A DNA stretch of 64,000 nt from an uncultured delta proteobacterium (GTDB lineage: Bacteria; Desulfobacterota; Binatia; UTPRO1), in contig CAVWBS010000001.1 in assembly GCA_963753325.1 (NCBI GenBank), positions 1,835,945 through 1,899,944 on the forward strand, written 5' to 3'. The notes beneath the pieces were generated by a model. That model had not been told where the DNA came from. It did not search any database and worked only from the letters and a program-made list of their open reading frames with translations. Numbering within the stretch: position 1 is the first letter of the stretch; each line of letters starts with the position of its first letter. This document shows positions 50,797 to 58,514 of this stretch, piece after piece. The position numbers and the translations under genes are program-made.

Positions 50797-51095
50797 CTCC
50801 CGGCGCCGTGATGCCCTACGACCATCGGAGAAACGGGAACGACATACCGCACGCGAAGCAGGGATCCGGCCAACCAACGTCCGCGAAGTCGGGATGAGTC
50901 CTCACGACGATGTCGTCAAACGCCGCGCCTACGACTGTCCGCGAATGATTCGCCGCCAAGTACGGCGCACTCTGACGGCAGGCCTCCGAGCCCCGCGTCC
51001 ACCTCACTCCCCACCTCAGGCACCGCATATCAAGACCAGCATCGGTTCGAGCCTGGCCCAGGATGCAACGTCGTCGGGGCTCCTCGTCGACAGAA

Positions 51096-51179
51096 GGAAG
51101 CACTGACCGCCTTGTCGCCTGGTTGACGTAACCTGGCCTTGTCGGACCTCCAACCGTCTCGCCGCTCCTCTTCAATCAC
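51096..51179. repeat. Direct repeat copy A (approximately 80 nt)
   Basis: GGAAGCACTGA..TCGCCTGGTTGACGTAACCTGGC..CCGACCTCCA.CCGTCTCGCC.GCTCCTCTTCAATCAC. It matches copy B at 55504-55580 with a handful of substitutions and an 8-nt insertion. Confidence 0.75.
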
Positions 51180-51258
51180 CGAGATTTCCAACCATCGCCC
51201 CTTTCGGACGAGTCGATTGCAGGATAGCAGGATGCGCGGCGCGATGGGCGAGGACTCC

Positions 51259-51705
51259 ATGAGAAGAGCGGGTGACCTGCCGCATACTGCGATCCGAGTA
51301 CTGCTGCTGCTCGCCATCCTCTTCGTGTCCGGCTGCACGATGATCGGACCGGACTACGCGAAGCCGATGCTGCCTCTCGCAGCGGGCTGGATCCCTCGGG
51401 ACGCCGCCGGCATCGCGCCTTCGACCGAGCCCATCGGTCCGTGGTGGGAGTCATTCGGCGACCCGGTCCTGACCAACCTCATCGTCGAAGCCTACCGGCG
51501 GAATCCTTCCCTGCAGGCGGCCGGCGTGCGCGTGCTCGAGGCGCAGGCGCGGCGCGGGATCGCGATCGGGACGCTCTTCCCCCAGATGCAGAATGCCGTC
51601 GGCGGCTATCGCCGCTCGGTCGCGAGCGAGAACGTCGTCGCGGTGCCTCCAGAACGGAGCTTCAACGAGTTCCTCGCGGGCTTCGACGTCGGCTGGGAGC
51701 TCGAC
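51259..51705 (+). pseudogene. N-terminal fragment of a NodT-family outer-membrane efflux lipoprotein
   Basis: Lipobox LFVSGC, then MIGPDYAKP...WWESFGDPVLTNLIVEAYRRNPSLQAAG...GFDVGWELD. The family-like sequence stops abruptly after about 150 aa. Confidence 0.65.
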
Positions 51706-52486
51706 AAGCGCGCTGCCCGGAATAGACCTGTACGCAAGGCGGATCGCGTTGCTCGACGAGGCGTCCCCCGAGCATCAGGCACTCGAAGGGGAATCGCTCC
51801 GACCACCGCATACGGCGGATGTCGGACCCTGAGCACGCGCATGAAGCGGTGTCGAGTTCCATGCTCACCGCTGCGGAGCCGTTCAAAGGTGCATCGCCGC
51901 ATCGTCGGCGAATCCTCCTACGCGTCCACCGGGGTACCCGGCTGAGTGACGAGGTCACCTGGGCGCTGAATCATCAGGACGCGCGGCCCCTCTGCGAGCC
52001 GGTCACCCTCATCCGCCCTCGCCCAGGGATCACGCCTCTGCGCGGCGATCAATACCCTGGGCGACGATCTCAAACGCGGGCGCCGCCCGATCGACGCGAC
52101 CTGCTCAGGGACACACCACTCGCTGCCGAGCAATCGCAACCGGCGCATCGGGAATCAGACGCAAGGTCTGGGCCGTCCCTCGACAAGCTGAATCATCGCG
52201 ACAATACAGCACGGTCTGGGTGAGCGTGCCGTCCGCGAGATCGAAGTCGAACGAGAGATCCGTCGTGAAGGTGCCGAGTTCGGCCCAGGATCGCGTGCGC
52301 CCGCAACACGAGCAGCGCGCCTGCGCCCGGTTCTCTTTCCGCCAGCCACTTTTCCTCTCCATCCGCCCCACCCCCTTGATGTGGGCCATAGCATGATCGG
52401 GGGCGATATATCGAGGGAGGTCCCTCGGCACAAACCATGACCGGTTCTCGCCGCCCTGGCACAATCGCGGCCTCTCGCTCACGACG

Positions 52487-52849
52487 TTGCCCGGTGTGAT
52501 TCGGAACGGCAAATGCGGTACGAGTAGCGCCTATGTCGAACCCAGGCAGGTCAGGTACACTCCGCTCGGTAGGCGTGACGTATGTTTCCGCAAGGATCTC
52601 CAGTCCCCATCAGCCGGGCGAGCGAGCGAGCTCGAATTCCTGGTCGATACCGGCGCGATCTACAGCGTCGTTCCAGGCAGTGTGCTCGAGACACTCGGCG
52701 TGTCCCGGTTGAAGCGTCGGGAGTTCACCCTCGCGGACGGCACGCACAAGAGCTACGCGAGCTCTTGCCGATGCGCCTCGTCCTTGCCGGCCTCACGCAC
52801 CACGAGCGCGCTCAGGCGGGTTCGAACACCCTACCTTCTTGAATCGTAG
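52487..52849 (+). pseudogene. Degenerate retropepsin-like aspartyl protease fragment
   Basis: ELEFLVDTGAIYSVVPGSVLETLGV...REFTLADGT is typical of small bacterial retropepsin-like proteins. Neither the N- nor the C-terminal part stays in frame. Confidence 0.35.
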
Positions 52850-53143
52850 ACGCCGCATGGGTGCAGCAGCGGCCAACATCAACCTACGAGGGCCCCTGGC
52901 ATCGCCATTGACGCGCGGACGGCCTGATCCCTCGATTAGGTTTCTCTTGACGAGGGCAGCCTTCGTGTCGGAGCCTCCAGCTCTCGTTTGGCGGCGGACA
53001 GCGTGCCGCACGACGGACCGGTAGATCAGGAGGTAGTTCTCATGTTGCATCGGATGCTCGGAAGTTCCCTCACCGCGGTGGCGCGTCGATCGGAAGCATG
53101 GAGACGGCCGGGTGCGTGTATGCTATTCGCCGATACGAATCGC

Positions 53144-54028
53144 ATGGAACGTTGCCGCGAATATCGCTCCGCCGTCGACGACACCGCCCGCTGGAACGGC
53201 TTCACGCCACGCGCCGGCGACATCTTCGTCTGCACCCCGGCCAAATGCGGCACGACGTGGATGCAGTCGATCGTCGCGAGCCTGCTCTGGCCGGACTCGG
53301 ACCTGCCGGGGCCGGTGCTCGCGATCAGTCCCTGGATCGAGATGACGCTGATGCCGGCGGCCGAGATGCACGCCCTGCTCGAGGCGCAGGAGCATCGACG
53401 CTTCATGAAGAGCCACACGCCGGCCGACGGAATCCCATGGTTCGACGACGCGCGCTACATCTTCGTCGCGCGCGACGGGCGCGACGCGTTCATGTCGCTC
53501 TGCAACCACATGGAGCACTTCCGCGACGAGGTGCGCGAGTCGATGAACGCGGAAGCGCCCGAGGGCGTGCCGCAGCTACCCGCGTGGGACGGCGACGTGC
53601 ACGCGTTCTTCGCACGCTGGCTCGGCGAGGAGACGCCGCTCTTCTTCCCCCACGTGGCCACCTTCTGGGCGAAACGTGCGCGGCCGAACCTGCTCCTCGT
53701 CCACTACAACGACCTGAAAGCCGACCTCGCGGGCGAGATGCACCGGGTCGCCGACTTCATCGGCGCCGACGTGCCGGGCGCGTGCTGGCAGGAGGTGGTC
53801 GCGCGCTGCACGTTCGAGCGCATGCGCGAGGGCGAGGCGCGCATCGGCGCCGTCGACATGCTCTTCAAGGGCGGCTTGAAAACGTTCGTCTTCAAGGGAA
53901 TGAACGGCCGCTGGCGCGACGTGCTGACCGCCGACGAGGTCGCGGCGTACGAGCGTCACGTCGCCGAGCGGTTGACGCCCGAGTGCGCGGCGTGGTTGCA
54001 GCACGGTCGCCGCGCGCTCGTACGCTGA
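53144..54028 (+). CDS. Sulfotransferase domain protein (PAPS-dependent, aryl-sulfotransferase-like)
   Basis: 294 aa from ATG 53144, with a 5'-PSB loop TPAKCGTTWMQ and RDGRDAFMS. This is the only clearly intact enzyme gene in the fragment-rich segment. Confidence 0.8.
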   Translation: MERCREYRSAVDDTARWNGFTPRAGDIFVCTPAKCGTTWMQSIVASLLWPDSDLPGPVLAISPWIEMTLMPAAEMHALLEAQEHRRFMKSHTPADGIPWFDDARYIFVARDGRDAFMSLCNHMEHFRDEVRESMNAEAPEGVPQLPAWDGDVHAFFARWLGEETPLFFPHVATFWAKRARPNLLLVHYNDLKADLAGEMHRVADFIGADVPGACWQEVVARCTFERMREGEARIGAVDMLFKGGLKTFVFKGMNGRWRDVLTADEVAAYERHVAERLTPECAAWLQHGRRALVR

Positions 54029-54062
54029 GCGCACCCTCTCCGCCGCGCACGATCGGGGCGCG

Positions 54063-54173
54063 TCAGTTGTGGCGATCGACGACGACCACGTCGGCGTCCG
54101 CCCGCCGCAGCTGCCGCGCCACCTGCAGGCCGCCGAACCCTCCTCCGACGATGACGATCCGAGGCCGCGTCAT
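54063..54173 (-). pseudogene. 36-aa N-terminal fragment of an FAD/NAD(P)-binding oxidoreductase (type II NADH dehydrogenase-like)
   Basis: MTRPRIVIVGGGFGGLQVARQLRRADADVVVVDRHN followed directly by a stop. The same ORF is fused upstream to an unrelated fragment (VCVDKYEASVW...). Confidence 0.5.
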
Positions 54174-54942
54174 GCTGAGAACCAGTACGCCGGATGGCGC
54201 TTCGGGACGCAACGGCTCGCCGGGTCCGAGACGGGTGGATGCTCGTGTGCCAGGTTCACGCCACGCGCCGGCGACCGCCAGCTGGGTCGCACCGGCGACC
54301 GTGAAATCGCTGAACGATGCCTTTCCCTTCTGTACTCGTTTGATGAGTCCGGCGTTCGTGGGCGGGATCTGCCAGACGCTCGCCTCGTACTTGTCGACGC
54401 AGACCGGCTCCCACCCGCACCGCATCGGCGGCGTATCGCGATCATCCGCAGCACCGTCCACAGCAAGTGCATGACGGGAGCCGGCGCCCGGCAACCCGCA
54501 TATCCGCGCAGAACGGAGCGCCTACGGCTGATCCCCGCGGCGACGCAGTTTGCTCCGCTCGTTTCCTCGCCATCGAGCGTGCGCGCGTTCGCACGCATGC
54601 GCGTGAGCTCGGCGGTTATTTACCCTCGAGAGGACCATCCTTGTGGCACCCTGATGGGGGTGGCGAACGTGAACGTGTTGCTCGAGACCACGCCGGCGGT
54701 CGTCGGGCTCGCATGCCCAGCGCCGATCGCGGCGGCAGTGGACACGCTCCACCCCCGCGCCCGCGGAAGGGTGCGGATCCGATTGGACACGCGGTTTCCT
54801 CAATACAAACGGGGGGCACCCCCCAATCAGGGTGCATGAAGTTGCTCGTCGTAGCGGTTCGCCGCGATGACGTGCTGCCTGCATCGATAGAACGGCCCCA
54901 GACCGCTTGACAATCCGACCTCCCGAGACGAGGAGGGTTGGC

Positions 54943-55311
54943 GTGGATCTCGTCGAGCTGACGTCGGAGGAGCGGATCGTCTTGGTGGCGCTCCTCGAGC
55001 TGGTCGTCGGATCCGACGGCCGCGTCACCGAGCATGAGCGCGCGCAGATCGAGCGGATCGCAGCCGCCGTCGGCAACGCGGATTATCGCGCCGCGGCGTT
55101 GGAGGCCGACCGGCGCTTCCACGACGAGGAAGATCTCAAGATGTTCGTTCCCGCCGTCGCGCGGCCGGCGGCACGGGAGCTGATTCTCGAGACGCTGCTC
55201 GAGGCAGCGTTGCCTGACGCCGTCGACTCGCGTGGGGCAGCGGTCCTGAGCTGGTTGCAAGAGGCCTGGCACATGCGGGTGCGTCCCCAGCGCTCGGGCC
55301 ACCCGAGCTGA
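54943..55311 (+). CDS. Possible TerB-like small protein
   Basis: GAGGAGGG lies 5 nt before GTG 54943. LTSEERIVLVALLELVVGSDGRVTEHERAQIERIA resembles the TerB/DjlA-N helical domain. Confidence 0.45.
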   Translation: MDLVELTSEERIVLVALLELVVGSDGRVTEHERAQIERIAAAVGNADYRAAALEADRRFHDEEDLKMFVPAVARPAARELILETLLEAALPDAVDSRGAAVLSWLQEAWHMRVRPQRSGHPS

Positions 55312-55503
55312 TCACGCGCGTCGGCGAGCGTCGGCTACCGTCCGACCGACATCGAGATCGCGGCCGTCCGCGTCTCCTCGAACCGTGGCGTCATCATCTC
55401 GCCGTGCTTCTACGGCGTCGACCACGTCCCCAAGGACCGCTCCTTCCTCCTCCCTGGCAACCACACGCTGACGGGCGTCCTCGACGTTCCGCTCATGTCG
55501 ATA

Positions 55504-55580
55504 GGAAGCACTGATCGCCTGGTTGACGTAACCTGGCGCTATCCGACCTCCAGCCGTCTCGCCTGCTCCTCTTCAATCAC
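55504..55580. repeat. Direct repeat copy B
   Basis: See copy A. Both are in the same orientation, about 4.4 kb apart. Confidence 0.75.
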
Positions 55581-55992
55581 GGCCACCCAGCAATGCGGCG
55601 CTCGTGCACCTGGCCGCGCGCTGGGAATGTACACGTAGACGGCGTTGTCGACGCCGTGCTCCTCGGCGTAGTGACGCGTCCGCCTCCGATGACGAGCACC
55701 TGCGTCTCGCGGTGGTCCATATCAAGTAGAACTACCTACGCCAGCGCGCTTCTTCGAACGTGCGCTCAGCGGTAGTGGTTGGTGCGCTTTCGCGCAACGA
55801 CGGCTTGCCGATGCGATGCTTCGTATTCGGCAGATCGAACTGCTCCGTTGCGGCGCAACAAATCAGCGTACTCGTTCGCGCTCGACGATATTTTTTCTTG
55901 ATGTTGTCTCACCGACCTGCGAGACGCGGGAGAGCAGCGTATAGGCCATAGCGCATAGCAGTTCACGCAGGGTCCCGCTTTTGGAGGTCGAT

Positions 55993-58320
55993 ATGCCCAC
56001 CCATTTCACCGATCGGTGCGTCCACGTTCGTTCGCTTCGCGTCGCGGTCCTCGCGTTGGCGACGCTCTTCGTCATGCTCGCTCCCGCGCGATCCCGCGCA
56101 GCGAGCCCAACCTTCTTCCAGGGATTCGAGGTGGACACCTCGGGTTGGTTTCCCGGAGACGGCACCGCGAACCGCGAAGCGGACGGCTACGTCTCCCCGG
56201 TCCCCTACGCGAGCGGCATCACGTCGTCGGCAGGGACGCATCACGCGCGACTCCGGCGCGCGACGTGTGACACCGAGATCGCCGGCGGAGGGCCGACGGT
56301 CTTCTGCCAAGGCGCCTTCACGCGCTGGGGCGGCTACAACAAGGACTGGACGGGCGGCTACACGACGCAGGTCGACGTCTACTTCGATGTCGCGTATGCG
56401 ATCGCCCATCCGGACTCGTACGGCGGCAACATCGCCTGCCTCACGGCGGATCCGAGCGATACCTCGTGCCCCGGCACCCGCTTCGACTTCTCTTCGGCGA
56501 TCAACGACTCGACCGGCAACTTCCTGAGCGACTTCGTCTTCAATGTGGGGACCGGACCGGACGGCCCGCCGACCTGCCCCGGCGGACAGGGCTTCGTCAT
56601 GACTGCGAGCACCAACGCGTTTCGGAGCGGCGCGAATCCCTACAATCCGGGCAAGGATCCATTCTGCATCAGCACGTCCGGTTGGTACACCCTGCGACAC
56701 ACCTTCAAGGACGTCGGCGGGTTTCTGGTCGTCGACATGGACCTCATGCAGGGCAACGCCATCGTGCACCACTGGTCGATCACAACCACGAACGCCATCG
56801 CGAGCGTCGGCTGCAACCGCTACGGCTGGTTCGCCAACGAAGAGATCTGGGACCTCGCGATCGACAATAGCCAGATGACGGGCTGCGGCGTCGAGGTCAC
56901 GCAATGCAGCCTCGACGGCTGGGAGCTCGTCAACTTCGACGCTACTACGAGCGCGGACGTGGGCGATGCCACGACCACGTCGGGCACCGACGCGAACTTC
57001 GTCTCCGGCCCCGGCGCGCCGCCGCTCGGAACCGGCAGCATGCAGCAGGTCATCGGCACCAACGGCGACGACGCGACGCGCCTGCGAACCGGCAACTGCA
57101 ACGGCACCCTGCTCACCGACGTGATCAGCCTCCCCCTCACCTACTGGACGTACGTCACCACCAACATGGGCGCGCAGGCAACCTACCTCCAGCTGCGCGT
57201 CGACCAAGACGGGGACGGCACGACCGACGACCGGCTGTTCTTCGAGCCGGCCTATCAGAACGGCGGCTACGGCATGATCACCGGCCCGCCGGTCCCGGAC
57301 CAGTGCCCGCTCGATCCCGTCAATTGCGTCGTGCTCAACACCTGGCAGTTCTGGGACGCGCGAATCGGCGGCTGGTGGTCGGACAACGAGAGCGCGGGCG
57401 GTCCGCCGCTGATCACGCTGGCGGACTACGCGGCCGAGCACCCGGGCGTCAAGGTCGCCACGGATAACCCCTCCCTGCGGGTGCAGGCGGGCGGCGGCGC
57501 CGGCGCATGGGACAACTTCAATGGCGCGACCGACGATCTGACGGCCTGCGGGACGACGTACAATTTCGAGCAAGGCGTGTGCCCGACCGCGACGCCGGCC
57601 GCGACGCCGGGGCCGACGGCAACGATGACAGCGCCAATCCCGTCACCCACGTCGACGCCGGTTCCGCTCGACCACGTCCAGTGCTACCAGATGCCTCGCG
57701 AGCCCTTCACGCGGCTCTCGGGCGTGAGCCTTGCCGACCATTTCGGACCCAGCACGGTCGACGTGATCCGGCCGAAGCGCTTGTGCAATCCCGCCGACAA
57801 GAACGACGAGAATCCGAACGCACCCAACGATCCGGATCATTTGACCGGCTACATCATCAAGCAGCGTACGCCCTTCCCCCGCGCGAGCGGCGTGTCGGTG
57901 ACGAACCAGTTCGGGACGGTGACGATGGACCTGCGGCGGGCCGACTATCTGCTGGTACCCACCGCGAAGAGCCTGAGCGTAGCGCCGCCCCCACTGACGC
58001 CGCCGACGATCGATCACTTCAAGTGCTACAAGGTCGCCCGGGCGAAGGCACGGATCGCGGGAATCAAGGTCGACGACGAGTTCGGCACCGTCGTCGAGGA
58101 CATCAAGCGGCCGATGCGGCTGTGCATCCCGGCCGACAAGAATGGCGAGGGCATCCCGGATCCGACGAGCGACAGTCTGCTCTGCTACAAGATGCGTCAG
58201 ACCAGCCAGCCGTTCTTCCGCGGCGTCGATCCAATCTTTATCAACAATCAGTTCGGCGCGAGCACCATATCCGTCGATCACCTCCGCGAACTCTGCGTTC
58301 CCTCGAGCGTAGTGTACTGA
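55993..58320 (+). CDS. Large secreted protein with four C-terminal DHxxCY...FG...LCxPxxK repeats
   Basis: GGAGG lies 5 nt before ATG 55993, followed by signal peptide ...VAVLALATLFVMLAPARSRAAS. A ~520-aa N-terminal region is followed by a Pro/Thr linker (CPTATPAATPGPTATMTAPIPSPTSTPVP) and four ~45-50-aa repeats. No family was recognised. Confidence 0.7.
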   Translation: MPTHFTDRCVHVRSLRVAVLALATLFVMLAPARSRAASPTFFQGFEVDTSGWFPGDGTANREADGYVSPVPYASGITSSAGTHHARLRRATCDTEIAGGGPTVFCQGAFTRWGGYNKDWTGGYTTQVDVYFDVAYAIAHPDSYGGNIACLTADPSDTSCPGTRFDFSSAINDSTGNFLSDFVFNVGTGPDGPPTCPGGQGFVMTASTNAFRSGANPYNPGKDPFCISTSGWYTLRHTFKDVGGFLVVDMDLMQGNAIVHHWSITTTNAIASVGCNRYGWFANEEIWDLAIDNSQMTGCGVEVTQCSLDGWELVNFDATTSADVGDATTTSGTDANFVSGPGAPPLGTGSMQQVIGTNGDDATRLRTGNCNGTLLTDVISLPLTYWTYVTTNMGAQATYLQLRVDQDGDGTTDDRLFFEPAYQNGGYGMITGPPVPDQCPLDPVNCVVLNTWQFWDARIGGWWSDNESAGGPPLITLADYAAEHPGVKVATDNPSLRVQAGGGAGAWDNFNGATDDLTACGTTYNFEQGVCPTATPAATPGPTATMTAPIPSPTSTPVPLDHVQCYQMPREPFTRLSGVSLADHFGPSTVDVIRPKRLCNPADKNDENPNAPNDPDHLTGYIIKQRTPFPRASGVSVTNQFGTVTMDLRRADYLLVPTAKSLSVAPPPLTPPTIDHFKCYKVARAKARIAGIKVDDEFGTVVEDIKRPMRLCIPADKNGEGIPDPTSDSLLCYKMRQTSQPFFRGVDPIFINNQFGASTISVDHLRELCVPSSVVY

Positions 58321-58329
58321 TTTACACTT

Positions 58330-58372
58330 GCCCGTCCGTCCGCGATGGCTCACCCATCGCGGACGGACGGGC
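58330..58372 (+). terminator. Strong hairpin after the secreted-protein gene (no U-tract)
   Basis: A perfect 19-bp stem GCCCGTCCGTCCGCGATGG / CCATCGCGGACGGACGGGC with a 5-nt loop, starting 10 nt after the stop codon. Confidence 0.45.
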
Positions 58373-58514
58373 ACGGCCTCGGCTGACTCCGTCCTTCATC
58401 TCGCGAAGGGTGAACAGTTCCGATGTCTTCCGCGCGGCACCACTCGTCGGCGGCACGCGTTGACGCATGGCCCACCCAGGCTACAATCCATCGCCGCAGG
58501 CATAAGCGCGGATC

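Noticed and set aside
51030-51062. A GGTTCGAGCC string resembling a tRNA T-arm next to direct repeat A, which could be a tRNA-derived att site.
   Set aside because: The flanking bases do not pair into a T-stem or acceptor stem, and no cloverleaf can be drawn.
51606-51958. Minus-strand peptide ...GEHGTRHRFMRVL..., vaguely like the HxLRH box of tyrosine recombinases.
   Set aside because: It is only a 5-residue resemblance. No RHRY context or catalytic Tyr region is present, and the frame is broken on both sides.
55724-55735. A 10-nt palindromic-complement match GTAGAACTAC (55726) versus GTAGTTCTAC (61399), considered as possible inverted-repeat termini of a mobile element.
   Set aside because: The match does not extend into the flanks, and 10 nt is within chance expectation for a 64-kb window.
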